DNA from: an uncultured Candidatus Saccharibacteria bacterium
GTDB taxonomy: Bacteria; Patescibacteriota; Minisyncoccia; Phycocordibacterales; PALSA-1337
NCBI GenBank assembly: GCA_964459225.1
Contig: CAYWKB010000001.1
Span: 426,163-490,162 of the forward strand
Length of the DNA stretch: 64,000 nucleotides
Direction of reading: 5' to 3'
Under the pieces are notes generated by a model that was not told where the DNA came from, did no database searches, and saw only the letters and a program-made list of their open reading frames with translations. Made by a program: the position numbers and the translations under genes. Positions 10,001 through 19,394 of this stretch are shown here, in pieces (positions within the stretch are counted from its first letter, which is position 1; each line of letters begins with the position of its first letter).

Positions 10001-10819
10001 ATGAATAATGAACTCAATAAAACAAAAAAGATTTTAATGATGGAGGATGAATTAATCCTAGGTGAAATCATAATTAAAAAGTTAATGAGTGAAGGTTACA
10101 ATGCAACTCTAGCAACTGATGGGGAGACAGGAATACAAAAAGCTCATGAAATAATGCCAGACTTGATATTATTAGATCTAGTAATGCCAAAGAAAAATGG
10201 TGAAGAAGTCCTAGCTGAATTAAAGGCAGATCCAATACTTAAAAATATACCAATAATAGTTATTTCAAATTCTGGTCAACAAAGTGAAATAGAAAAAGTC
10301 GTAATGCTGGGTGTTAAGGATTATATTATTAAGGCACAATTTAGTCCTGATGAAGTTATGCAAAAGGTTAGAAAGTATTTAAACCTTGAATACACTGAAA
10401 AGGCTCCAGGAGTAATAAAGGAAGATATAGTTTCAAAAAATATTAAAATTCTTTTAGCAGAAGATGATAAATTCTTATCATCTCTCGTTGCTCAAAGACT
10501 TACAAAGGAAGGATTTAGAATATTAAGTGCCACAGACGGCAATCAAGTACTAAAGATTTTTAATGAAAATAAACCAGATTTAGTATTACTTGATATTATA
10601 ATGCCAGAAATGAATGGTATTGAAGTATTAAAAAAAATACGCTCAAATAAGGACAATAATGATGTAATTATAATAATATTTTCTAATCTCGGACAAGAAC
10701 ATGAAGTCGAAGAAGCTAAAAATGCTGGAGCAGACGATTTTCTTGTTAAAGTTAATTTCACATTAAAAGAAGTGGTGGATAAGATAAATGATTTATTAAA
10801 ACAAAAAGGCAAGTTGTAA
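10001..10819 (+). CDS. Response regulator with two tandem receiver (REC) domains and no output domain
   Basis: Two REC cores: ILMMEDE...DLILLDLVMPKKNG...K and ILLAEDD...DLVLLDIIMPEMNG...K. No HTH or enzymatic domain. Confidence 0.8.
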   Translation: MNNELNKTKKILMMEDELILGEIIIKKLMSEGYNATLATDGETGIQKAHEIMPDLILLDLVMPKKNGEEVLAELKADPILKNIPIIVISNSGQQSEIEKVVMLGVKDYIIKAQFSPDEVMQKVRKYLNLEYTEKAPGVIKEDIVSKNIKILLAEDDKFLSSLVAQRLTKEGFRILSATDGNQVLKIFNENKPDLVLLDIIMPEMNGIEVLKKIRSNKDNNDVIIIIFSNLGQEHEVEEAKNAGADDFLVKVNFTLKEVVDKINDLLKQKGKL

Positions 10820-10847
10820 AATATGGTTTTTTTGTTAATATCAACAT

Positions 10848-12986
10848 ATGAATGAAAAGTTTTTAAAGCCTTATGATGCCAAGGCAACAGAATCTAAAAT
10901 ATACCAAAAATGGGAAGAGGGTGGATATTTTAATCCAGATAATTTTGCAGGTATAGATGCAACTCCTTTTACTATTATAATGCCGCCAACAAATGCAAAT
11001 GGATCTTTGCATGCAGGTCACGGTCTAGTTATGACAATTGAGGATATTATGATCCGTTATAAGAGATTGAGAGGCTATAAAACTCTATGGTTACCAGGGC
11101 TTGATCATGCAGGCTTTGAAACACAAGTTGTATATGAAAAAAAGTTAGAAAAAGAAGGTAAAAGTCGTTTTGATTTTGAAGCAAAACAATTGTATCAAGA
11201 TATAATGGCATTTACCCTTGAAAATTCTCAAAATATAAAGTCACAAATAAGAAGCATGGGAGCTTCATGTGATTGGTCAAGAACTAAATTTACATTAGAC
11301 GAAGATGTCATTAAAACTGTATATAGTACATTCAAAAAGCTTTCAGATGATGGACTATTGTACAGAGGGAATAGAATAGTCAGTTGGTGTACAAAACATC
11401 AAACCTCTTTTTCTGATTTGGAAATAAAAGATGAAGAAAAAGTAGAGCCATTTTATTATTTAAAATACGGACCATTTACAATTGCAACATCAAGACCAGA
11501 GACTAAATTTGGAGATAAATATGTTGTTATGCATCCAGATGATAAGAGGTATGTAGATTATAAGCATGGAGATACATTTGAAGCTGAATGGATAAATGGA
11601 AAAATAAAAGCAACGATAATAAAGGATGATTCTATAGATATGGAATTCGGTACTGGCGTTATGACAATCACTCCATGGCATGATGCGGTGGATTTTAATA
11701 TTGCAGAAAAATATAATTTAGATAAAGAGCAAGTTATAGATGATAGAGGCAAACTTTTACCTATCGCCGGTGAATTTGCTGGTATGAGCATATCAAAGGC
11801 ACGCCCACTAATTATTGATAAATTAAAATCAAAAAATTTAGTTGAAAAAATTGATGAAAACTATAAGCATAATGTAAAAACTTGTTATAAGTGTGGAACT
11901 ATAATTGAACCACAAATCAAGTCACAATGGTTTGTTAAAATGAAGCCACTAGCCGAAAAGGCACTCGAAAAGATTAAATCTGGTGAAATAAAATACATTC
12001 CAGATCAATACGAAAAGATCACAACACATTGGCTTAATAATATTAATGATTGGAATATTTCGAGACAAATAGTATGGGGAATTTCAATTCCAGCTAAACT
12101 CTGCGATAAGTGCAATCACGGTATTGTCGATTTGGAAAATAAGATAAATAAATGTGATAAATGTGGTGGTGAAATGCGAAAAGATAATGATACATTTGAT
12201 ACATGGTTTTCTTCTGGACAATGGCCATATGCATCTCTTGGATATCCAGATAGTAAAGATTTTAAAAATTTTTACCCTACTGACGTTATGGAAACTGCTG
12301 GAGAAATAATATTTTTCTGGGTAAGTAGAATGATTATGCTTGGATTGTATGTAACTGGTGAAATTCCATTTAAAACAGTATATTTGCACGGTCTTGTACT
12401 AGATGCAAAGGGAAGAAAAATGAGTAAGAGTAAAGGTAATGTTATAAATCCTCTTGAATTAACTGATAAATACGGTACAGATGCATTCCGTATGGGTCTT
12501 GTAGTGGGAAATACTCCAGGTACATCTCTTTCATTATCAGAAGACAAGATCAGAGCCTACAAAAACTTTGCAAATAAACTTTGGAATATCACAAGATTTG
12601 TCCTAACTTCAGTTGAAGGTGAAAGATTGGATAAAGATTTCAAGTCTTGGTCAGAGAGTGATTCAAAAATAATTTCTGAATTTGACTCAGTGGTCAAAGA
12701 TATTACATCTGATATGGAAAATTATAGATTTTATATGTCAGCTGAAAAGATTTATCATTATGCATGGCATACATTTGCAGATATTATCCTTGAAGATAGT
12801 AAAAAAGTATTAAAAGAGGGAAGTGAAGAAGAAAAGAAATCTAGAAAGCAATTATTGCTAAAAGTTTTGAGTGAAATATTGATAGTGTTACATCCTTTTA
12901 CACCTTTTGTCACAGAAGAGATTTGGAGTGATATGCCAATTGATGATAAAAAGTTGCTTATAGTAGAAGCTTGGCCTGTAAAGTAG
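10848..12986 (+). CDS. valS: Class I aminoacyl-tRNA synthetase, most likely valyl-tRNA synthetase (compact form)
   Basis: HIGH-type motif PPTNANGSLHAGHG (closest to the ValRS PPPNVTGSLHMGHA), KMSKS motif KMSKSKGN, zinc-knuckle cysteines in the editing/CP region. 712 aa is short for ValRS, so IleRS/LeuRS are not fully excluded. Confidence 0.6.
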   Translation: MNEKFLKPYDAKATESKIYQKWEEGGYFNPDNFAGIDATPFTIIMPPTNANGSLHAGHGLVMTIEDIMIRYKRLRGYKTLWLPGLDHAGFETQVVYEKKLEKEGKSRFDFEAKQLYQDIMAFTLENSQNIKSQIRSMGASCDWSRTKFTLDEDVIKTVYSTFKKLSDDGLLYRGNRIVSWCTKHQTSFSDLEIKDEEKVEPFYYLKYGPFTIATSRPETKFGDKYVVMHPDDKRYVDYKHGDTFEAEWINGKIKATIIKDDSIDMEFGTGVMTITPWHDAVDFNIAEKYNLDKEQVIDDRGKLLPIAGEFAGMSISKARPLIIDKLKSKNLVEKIDENYKHNVKTCYKCGTIIEPQIKSQWFVKMKPLAEKALEKIKSGEIKYIPDQYEKITTHWLNNINDWNISRQIVWGISIPAKLCDKCNHGIVDLENKINKCDKCGGEMRKDNDTFDTWFSSGQWPYASLGYPDSKDFKNFYPTDVMETAGEIIFFWVSRMIMLGLYVTGEIPFKTVYLHGLVLDAKGRKMSKSKGNVINPLELTDKYGTDAFRMGLVVGNTPGTSLSLSEDKIRAYKNFANKLWNITRFVLTSVEGERLDKDFKSWSESDSKIISEFDSVVKDITSDMENYRFYMSAEKIYHYAWHTFADIILEDSKKVLKEGSEEEKKSRKQLLLKVLSEILIVLHPFTPFVTEEIWSDMPIDDKKLLIVEAWPVK

Positions 12987-13001
12987 GGTTATAGAAAATA
13001 T

Positions 13002-13042
13002 AAAAAGAGATACCCCGACCGCACGTTCTCGTGCTGTCGGGG
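13002..13042 (-). terminator. Strong GC-rich intrinsic terminator on the minus strand (end of the GC-rich island transcript)
   Basis: CCCCGAC-C-GCACG-TTCT-CGTGC-T-GTCGGGG hairpin (13013-13042). On the minus strand it is followed by TCTCTTTTT (complement of 13002-13010). Confidence 0.6.
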
Positions 13043-13059
13043 ATCCTGTAAATTATGCT

Positions 13060-13200
13060 AAATCCGATCTCCGACCGGTAAGCATTGCTGGCCAAGAGTG
13101 ATTTTCTCGACTGTCCTGCTCCAGATAGTATCTGGGTCCTGGCGACGAGTACTCACCTCTCTTGTTGTCCCTTTGTGCATCCCATCCGCAGCCCTGTGCA
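13060..13200 (-). ncRNA. Candidate signal recognition particle RNA (4.5S/ffs-like long hairpin) within a GC-rich island
   Basis: Minus-strand sequence CGCCAGGACC-[CCAGAT ACT ATCTGG extension]-GGAGCAGGAC resembles the SRP domain IV core (E. coli CCAGGUCAGGUCC-GGAA-GGAAGCAGCC). Flanking strands can pair (CAAGAG/CTCTTG, GTGA/TCAC, CTCG/CGAG). About 50% GC versus 30% background; the ORFs across it are not protein-like. Class assignment is tentative. Confidence 0.3.
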
Positions 13201-13320
13201 TTTGCTGAAACAGTTCCTTTGGAAACTTGTTTTTGTTTCTCATATAATAATGGGTTAGGGGGTTGAACTGACTGAACTACAGTATATATGAAGAAATAAG
13301 TTATGTCAAATAGCCTAAAA

Positions 13321-13776
13321 CTACTTAACAATCTCCTCTACAACCGCCTTTACATCTGCTCCGTCTGCCTTTCCTTTTAATTCCTTCATCAACATTCCTA
13401 TAAATTGTCCGAGCTTTGCTTTGTCTGGCATTCCTCCTGAACTGATTTTTTCATTAACAATTTTTGTTATTTCATCTTTACTCATCATTTGGGGTAAAAA
13501 TGCTTCTAAAATCACAAGTTCTGCTTTCTCTTTTTCAACCAAATCCATACGATTTCCTTTTTGAAATTGATCTATTGAGTCTTTGTGTTGTTTTACACTT
13601 TTTCTAATTATCGCCAATGCACTATCATCATCAATAAATGGATTTGGATTACCTTTTGCTATTAATTCATTTGAAAATGATGCAGTTAAACCACGCAATG
13701 TCTCTAACTTCAATGCATCCTTAGCACGCATTGCATCTACTATTTGTTTTTTTATATCTTCATGTATTTTATTCAT
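13321..13776 (-). CDS. GatB/YqeY-domain protein
   Basis: 151 aa; IKKQIVDAMRAKDALKLETLRGLTASFSNELIAKG and C-terminal GKADGADVKAVVEEIVK are typical of the YqeY family. Confidence 0.75.
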   Translation of the reverse strand: MNKIHEDIKKQIVDAMRAKDALKLETLRGLTASFSNELIAKGNPNPFIDDDSALAIIRKSVKQHKDSIDQFQKGNRMDLVEKEKAELVILEAFLPQMMSKDEITKIVNEKISSGGMPDKAKLGQFIGMLMKELKGKADGADVKAVVEEIVK

Positions 13777-13781
13777 ATTAT

Positions 13782-13790
13782 TGATATAAT
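13782..13790 (+). promoter_or_regulatory. Extended -10 promoter element (TGaTATAAT) immediately upstream of rmuC; possible leaderless transcript
   Basis: TGATATAAT at 13782-13790 ends 7 nt before the ATG at 13798; there is no obvious SD. Confidence 0.3.
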
Positions 13791-13797
13791 AGCATAT

Positions 13798-14853
13798 ATG
13801 AACTCAATTATCATTGCCCTTGTTGTTTTACTCGTGATTGCTATCGTTTTTATTTTTTATATTTTAAATAAATCAGGTAAAAAAGAAGATAAAAATGAAG
13901 ATATAGGACTAAAACTTATTTTAGAACAAATAAATGAGTTAAACAGGACAGTTGATAAAAAGATAAGTGAAAACGGCAGAAATCTTCGTGAATCAATGCA
14001 ATTTCAACTTTCTGAATCCGCAAAGATGATAAAGGATGTTACCGAGGGACTTACAAAGCTTGATGAGACAAACAAGCAAGTGATTTCATTTGCTGATCAA
14101 CTGCAATCCCTGCAAGATATTTTGAAAAATCCAAAACATAGAGGAATACTTGGTGAATATTATTTAGAGACACTTTTGAAAAATGTATTAGCTCCATCAC
14201 AATATAAAATGCAATATGCATTTGAAAATGGGGAAATTGTAGATGCTGTCGTTTTTGTAAAAGATAAAATCATACCAATTGATTCAAAGTTTTCACTAGA
14301 AAATTACAATAGATTAGCAAGCGAAACAGATGCGGTAGAAAAAGAAAAATTAGAAAAGGTTTTCGTAAATGATTTGAAATTAAGAATACAAGAAACATCA
14401 AAATACATAAGACCAAGTGAATGGACTATGGAATTTGCTTTTATGTTCATTCCTCACGAAGCAATTTATTATGATTTGCTTGTTAATAAAATTGGTGCAG
14501 TTACTGAGGAAACAGACAATCTCATTCAGCGTGCTGCAAATAAATATAAAGTTATAATTGTTTCTCCTACATCTTTCCTTGCTTATTTACAAACAGTTTT
14601 GCAGGGATTAAAGGCATTACAAATAGAAGAAACAGCAAAAGATATAATTAAAAGAGTAGATGAGCTTGGAAGTCATATAAAAAAGTATGAAGAATATCAT
14701 GCAAAGCTTGGTGTATCACTTGGTACTGTTGTAAATCATTATAATAATTCAAATAAAGAATTAAGAAAGGTAGATAAGGACGTTTTACGTATTACTGGCA
14801 CAAATGTTGGTATAGAAGCGCAGGTTATTGACCATCCAGAAGAGATAGTGTAA
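13798..14853 (+). CDS. rmuC: DNA recombination protein RmuC
   Basis: N-terminal TM, long coiled coil, then the RmuC core (IVDAVVFVKDKIIPIDSKFSLENY..., FAFMFIPHEAIYYDL). Start placed at the internal ATG at 13798 rather than 13744, which would overlap the yqeY start. Confidence 0.7.
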   Translation: MNSIIIALVVLLVIAIVFIFYILNKSGKKEDKNEDIGLKLILEQINELNRTVDKKISENGRNLRESMQFQLSESAKMIKDVTEGLTKLDETNKQVISFADQLQSLQDILKNPKHRGILGEYYLETLLKNVLAPSQYKMQYAFENGEIVDAVVFVKDKIIPIDSKFSLENYNRLASETDAVEKEKLEKVFVNDLKLRIQETSKYIRPSEWTMEFAFMFIPHEAIYYDLLVNKIGAVTEETDNLIQRAANKYKVIIVSPTSFLAYLQTVLQGLKALQIEETAKDIIKRVDELGSHIKKYEEYHAKLGVSLGTVVNHYNNSNKELRKVDKDVLRITGTNVGIEAQVIDHPEEIV

Positions 14854-14865
14854 TATACATCTACT

Positions 14866-15183
14866 ATGGAATTTGCAGTAATACAAACAGGCGGAAAGCA
14901 ATATAAGGTAAAAGTCGGGGATGAAATCAAGATTGAAAAGATCCTAGGCGATTACAAGGAAGGCGATAAAATCGTTTTCGATAAAGTTTTATTAGTGGAT
15001 AATGAAAAGGATACAACTATCGGCACACCATTTATCGAAAAGGCAAATGTTACTGCTAAAATCACTAAAGTGGGAAGATTGGCAAAGGTAAACGTTATAC
15101 AATACAAGCAAAAGAGTAAATATTTCAAGAAAAACGGTCATAAGCAACCATATTTCCAGGTAAAGATTGAGGAAATAAAATAA
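14866..15183 (+). CDS. rplU: 50S ribosomal protein L21
   Basis: MEFAVIQTGGKQYKVKVGDEIKIEKI... is a canonical bL21 N-terminus; 105 aa. Confidence 0.9.
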   Translation: MEFAVIQTGGKQYKVKVGDEIKIEKILGDYKEGDKIVFDKVLLVDNEKDTTIGTPFIEKANVTAKITKVGRLAKVNVIQYKQKSKYFKKNGHKQPYFQVKIEEIK

Positions 15184-15189
15184 TTAAAA

Positions 15190-15211
15190 AAGCCCCGAAA
15201 GGGGATTTTTT
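15190..15211 (+). terminator. Intrinsic terminator after rplU (CCCC-GAAA-GGGG + T-run)
   Basis: AAAAGCCCCGAAAGGGGATTTTTT. Confidence 0.55.
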
Positions 15212-15706
15212 ATGATAGCATATATAAATATGAAGTACTGGCTCATAAAATCAGAAGGTAGTTGTTATTCTATAGATGATTTAAAGAAAGATAGGAAAAC
15301 TCCTTGGACTGGTATTCGTAATTTCCAGGCTCGTAATTATATGAAAGATGGTATGAGTGTAGGTGACCTTGTTCTCTTTTACCATTCTATGTCTGACCCT
15401 ACTGGTGTATATGGTATTGCTCGTGTTGCAAGTCTTCCTCATATAGATGAAAGTGCATTAGACAAGAAAGACGAACATTATGATCCTAAGGCGGTGAAAT
15501 ATGAAAAAGAGGGAAAGGAGCCACTATGGGTTTGTGTCGATATGGAATTTGTAAAGAAATTTTCTTGCCCAATTTCACTCGAAGAAATTAAGGAAGATAA
15601 AGAGCTTATTGGTATTTCAGTATCAAAGCGCGGGACTAGACTTTCAGTTATGCCAGTAGAAGAAAAACATTTTAAGAGAATTGAGGAGATGGCAAATGCT
15701 AATTAA
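15212..15706 (+). CDS. EVE (PUA-like) domain protein
   Basis: YWLIKSEG..YSIDDLKKD...W.GIRNFQARNYMKDGMSVGDLVLFYHS matches the EVE/YTH-like PUA fold (modified-base binding). Confidence 0.7.
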   Translation: MIAYINMKYWLIKSEGSCYSIDDLKKDRKTPWTGIRNFQARNYMKDGMSVGDLVLFYHSMSDPTGVYGIARVASLPHIDESALDKKDEHYDPKAVKYEKEGKEPLWVCVDMEFVKKFSCPISLEEIKEDKELIGISVSKRGTRLSVMPVEEKHFKRIEEMANAN

Positions 15707-15721
15707 GATTTAATTATTTTA

Positions 15722-15964
15722 ATGTATTACATTTATATTCTCAAATGCTCCGATGGCACTCTATACACAGGCTCAACAAATGATTTAGAAAAGAGATTGC
15801 ATACTCATAATACTGGAAAGGCTGGCGCAAAATATACTAGAGGTAGGCGACCTTTGGAGATGATATATTCTGAGAAGTTTAGGACAAAAAGTAAGGCATT
15901 AAAGAGAGAATGGGAGATAAAGAGGATGAAAAGGGACGAGAAACTTGTATTGATAGTTAAATAA
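15722..15964 (+). CDS. Small GIY-YIG nuclease-family protein (UPF0213/YhbQ-like)
   Basis: MYYIYILKCSDGTLYTGSTNDLEKRLHTHN...R carries the GIY-YIG core (Y-x10-Y, R, E); 80 aa. Confidence 0.75.
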   Translation: MYYIYILKCSDGTLYTGSTNDLEKRLHTHNTGKAGAKYTRGRRPLEMIYSEKFRTKSKALKREWEIKRMKRDEKLVLIVK

Positions 15965-15971
15965 ATATATT

Positions 15972-17219
15972 TTAAATATTATCCCCCGCAACAAAACCTG
16001 TAGTCCAACATAATTGAAGACTATATCCTCCAGATGGTCTATCAATATTTAAAACATCACCTACTAAATATAGATTTTCTATAATCTTTGATTTCATTGT
16101 TTTAAAATCTACTTCCTCAAGATCAACACCACCGGATGAGACTATTGCTTTATCACTACCCAATAATCCACCAACCTGCATATCTAATCCTTTTATTATT
16201 TCAATCAATTTCATTCTCTCTTCTCTTGTTACACTATTATTATTTTTATCTGGGTCTATGGAAGATTTTCCTAATACTATATCTACAAGTGAGCTAGGTA
16301 TTATCGAACCTAAAGAATTTTTAGTTTTTTTCTTATCATCTATTTTAAATAATTCCTGCAATTTACTATTTAACATTCCATGATCTAGAGAGGGAAGTAA
16401 ATCAATTTTGATTATAACCTCACCATATTTCAAAAGCTCACCGATTTCTTTACTCATATTTAATATTGTAGGGCCACTAATGCCAAAATGTGTGAAAAGT
16501 AATTTACCTTTATTACTTTCTTGTTTTGTATTGTTTTGAAATGTTGTAATTTTGATATCTTGAAGTGTTACACCGCTTAAATCCTTTACCCACTTATCCT
16601 TTATTGCTATTGGAACTAATGCATCATTACTATCTATTACATTATGTCCTAATTCTTTTAACCATTTAAATCCATCTCCAGTTGAACCAGTTTCTGGCCT
16701 TGATGTTCCACCTGTTGCAAGTATTATTTTATTTGCATAAATAAGTTCACCATTTTTCAATTTAATAGCATTTATCTTTTTTTCTTTAAAATCAAAACCT
16801 ACAACGTTTGCATTGTATTTTATTTCTACATTATTTTCCTTAATATATTCGTATAACACATTCCAAACAGATTGTGAGCTGTCACTTTTAGGGAAAACTC
16901 TGTTCTCAGCTTCCACTTTTGTTTCCATTCCTCTTTTATTAAAAAATTCTATAGTATCTTTTACTGACCATTGTGAAAAAGCTGAAAAAAGAAATTTATC
17001 ACTATCTTTGTATTTTGAAAGAAATTGTCTAATATCAAATTGTGCATTTGTAACATTACATCTTCCTCCACCAGTTATCAAAAGTTTAACACCGAGGGAG
17101 TCATTTTTTTCAAGTAAAATTACCTTAGCGCCTTTCTCAGCTGCACGACCTGCCGACATAAGCCCAGCAGGGCCTCCGCCTATAACAGCTACATCGTAAA
17201 TTGTCTTATTATTTTCCAT
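15972..17219 (-). CDS. HI0933/BaiN-family NAD(FAD)-dependent flavoprotein
   Basis: N-terminal YDVAVIGGGPAGLMSAGRAA dinucleotide-binding motif, ...GGGRCNVTN, and C-terminal VGDVLNIDRPSGGY typical of the HI0933-like family. Confidence 0.75.
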   Translation of the reverse strand: MENNKTIYDVAVIGGGPAGLMSAGRAAEKGAKVILLEKNDSLGVKLLITGGGRCNVTNAQFDIRQFLSKYKDSDKFLFSAFSQWSVKDTIEFFNKRGMETKVEAENRVFPKSDSSQSVWNVLYEYIKENNVEIKYNANVVGFDFKEKKINAIKLKNGELIYANKIILATGGTSRPETGSTGDGFKWLKELGHNVIDSNDALVPIAIKDKWVKDLSGVTLQDIKITTFQNNTKQESNKGKLLFTHFGISGPTILNMSKEIGELLKYGEVIIKIDLLPSLDHGMLNSKLQELFKIDDKKKTKNSLGSIIPSSLVDIVLGKSSIDPDKNNNSVTREERMKLIEIIKGLDMQVGGLLGSDKAIVSSGGVDLEEVDFKTMKSKIIENLYLVGDVLNIDRPSGGYSLQLCWTTGFVAGDNI

Positions 17220-17942
17220 TTAAATATGTGCAAGATTAATAGCAAAATATATAAAGATTATACCCAAAATAGTTACAACAGTAGTCCAAATTGTTGGATG
17301 ATTATGATGACTTTCTGGTAATAGATCACTAGCACCAATATACAAAAAGAATCCAGCAAAAATAGCGAGCAATAATCCAAGATAATATTCATTTAATGAA
17401 AAAAATGAAGTCGAAATTATACCAATTACTGGAGCTACAGCATCCATACTCAACCATTTCATTGCGGTTTTTTTATTTCCTCCATTTTTTAAAATCATAT
17501 TTACTGTATTAATACCATCCGAAAAGTCATGAGCCAAAACAGCAAGTGTCACTATTATTCCAACCGCATTTGATACTTGAAATGAAAGACCAATAGCAAT
17601 ACCATCTAAAAAACTGTGAATCGATAAACTTCCAGCACCAAGTTTGCCTCTATTATGATTGTGCTCTGTTGTATCATCATGACTATGAGAATGTAAGACA
17701 ATAAATCTGTCTATAATCATATAAATAATAAAGCCCAATGCGACTGTAAATAGTATTGTTGATACATCATATTTAGCTGAGCCTAATTCAATTGCTTCTG
17801 GAATTAAATCAAAAAATGCCACACCAATGACTGCTCCAGCACTGAATCCTAATATTAAATGCAACTTATCTTTAAATTTCAATGCAAAAAGACCACCAAG
17901 TATGGTAAATAAAAAGGCTAATATACTAATTGTTATTAACAT
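17220..17942 (-). CDS. ZIP-family divalent metal transporter (ZupT-like)
   Basis: 8 TM helices, His-rich cytoplasmic loop ([14 protein letters not shown]), LAHDFSDGI motif in TM helix. Confidence 0.7.
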   Translation of the reverse strand: MLITISILAFLFTILGGLFALKFKDKLHLILGFSAGAVIGVAFFDLIPEAIELGSAKYDVSTILFTVALGFIIYMIIDRFIVLHSHSHDDTTEHNHNRGKLGAGSLSIHSFLDGIAIGLSFQVSNAVGIIVTLAVLAHDFSDGINTVNMILKNGGNKKTAMKWLSMDAVAPVIGIISTSFFSLNEYYLGLLLAIFAGFFLYIGASDLLPESHHNHPTIWTTVVTILGIIFIYFAINLAHI

Positions 17943-17969
17943 TGTTTAAATATAGCATATAATGTATGT

Positions 17970-18509
17970 ATGAATAAAGAAATTGCAGTCTTTGGTGGTG
18001 GATGCTTTTGGTGTACAGAAGCAGTCTTTAAAATGTTAAATGGCGTCAATATTGTGCTTCCAGGATATAGTGGTGGCAATATTGCCAATCCTACATATGA
18101 ACAAGTATGTTCCGGTAATACAGGACATGCAGAAGTTATATATATTGAATTTGATCCATTAAAAATAAAATACAAAACTCTTTTGACGGTCTTTTTTGCT
18201 TCCCATGATTCAACAACATTAAATAGACAAGGTAATGATGTGGGTACTCAGTATAGATCCATTATATTTTATACAAATGAAAATCAAAAAAATGAAGCGC
18301 AAAATATTATAAATGAAATAAATAATTCAAATAAAGATGGTGATCCCGTTGTGACAGAATTAAAACCATTTGATAAGTTTTATGAAGCAGAAGATTATCA
18401 TAAAAACTATTTTGAAAGAAATAAAAACGCTCCATATTGTCAGGTAATTATTAATCCAAAATTAGAAAAGATACAAAAAGATTTTGCAGAATTATTAAAT
18501 AATAAATAA
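17970..18509 (+). CDS. msrA: Peptide methionine sulfoxide reductase MsrA
   Basis: [16 protein letters not shown] active-site motif. Confidence 0.9.
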   Translation: MNKEIAVFGGGCFWCTEAVFKMLNGVNIVLPGYSGGNIANPTYEQVCSGNTGHAEVIYIEFDPLKIKYKTLLTVFFASHDSTTLNRQGNDVGTQYRSIIFYTNENQKNEAQNIINEINNSNKDGDPVVTELKPFDKFYEAEDYHKNYFERNKNAPYCQVIINPKLEKIQKDFAELLNNK

Positions 18510-18513
18510 AAAT

Positions 18514-18882
18514 ATGAATGAAGAAGAATTAAAGAAAAAGTTAACAGATGAGCAATATAAAGTTTTAAGACAAAAGGGAACAGAGGCGCCTTTTTCTGGT
18601 AAATACGTTCATGAAAATAAGGATGGTACATATAGTTGTGTGGTTTGTGGAAATAAACTATTTGAATCAACAGCCAAATTTGACTCTGGTACTGGTTGGC
18701 CGAGTTTTGATAGGGCAATTGCTGGCTCTGTAAAACTCATTGAAGATAATGCATATGGTATGAAAAGGACTGAAGTTGTTTGTGCAAAATGTGATTCACA
18801 TTTGGGGCATGTATTTGATGATGGTCCAACTGAAACAGGTAAAAGATATTGCATGAATTCGGTTTGTCTTGATTTACAATAG
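18514..18882 (+). CDS. msrB: Peptide methionine-R-sulfoxide reductase MsrB
   Basis: CxxC...CxxC zinc site plus the [21 protein letters not shown] catalytic motif. Confidence 0.9.
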   Translation: MNEEELKKKLTDEQYKVLRQKGTEAPFSGKYVHENKDGTYSCVVCGNKLFESTAKFDSGTGWPSFDRAIAGSVKLIEDNAYGMKRTEVVCAKCDSHLGHVFDDGPTETGKRYCMNSVCLDLQ

Positions 18883-18904
18883 ATAAAACATATATAATCA
18901 ATAT

Positions 18905-19339
18905 ATGAAGAAAAAGGTTTATGCAATTATTTCTGTTATTATTTTGCTCGCTGTTATCTATGCGGGTTATTACTTTTTTACTAATAATAAAATAAATGTT
19001 AAACCAAATGATATGGGAAATGTTATCGCTGTAACATCACCTATTAAGGATTCCCAGATATCATCACCACTAAGGATAGTTGGTAGGGCGCGCGGGAAGT
19101 GGTTTTTTGAGGGGAGTTTCCCGGTGATTTTGAATGATTCATATGGAAATACAATTGCTTCAGGAAATGTGACAGCACAGGGAGAGTGGATGACTGAGGA
19201 TTTTGTTCCATTTATCGGAACACTACAATTTAATAATTTTATAAAAGGTTCAAAGGGTGTGTTGATTTTGAAAAAAGATAATCCAAGTAATGATAAAAAG
19301 TTTGATGAAAGTATTGAGATTCCAATTATTTTTAAATAA
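18905..19339 (+). CDS. Hypothetical secreted/anchored protein, possibly a Gmad2-type Ig-like domain
   Basis: Signal-anchor helix followed by a beta-rich domain (RIVGRARGKWFFEGSFPVIL...GEWMTEDFVPF). Domain call is tentative. Confidence 0.35.
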   Translation: MKKKVYAIISVIILLAVIYAGYYFFTNNKINVKPNDMGNVIAVTSPIKDSQISSPLRIVGRARGKWFFEGSFPVILNDSYGNTIASGNVTAQGEWMTEDFVPFIGTLQFNNFIKGSKGVLILKKDNPSNDKKFDESIEIPIIFK

Positions 19340-19394
19340 TTTTATAACATATCAAAACTGTGGATAACTAGGATGAAAACACTTGCACATTTTT

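Noticed and set aside
13053-13331. ORF-track CDSs inside the first GC-rich island (13053..13331 -, 13058..13243 -)
   Set aside because: The translations are Arg/Gly/Pro-biased with no domain-like pattern. The region is dominated by long perfect hairpins and a terminator, and has the GC signature of structural RNA rather than local coding sequence.
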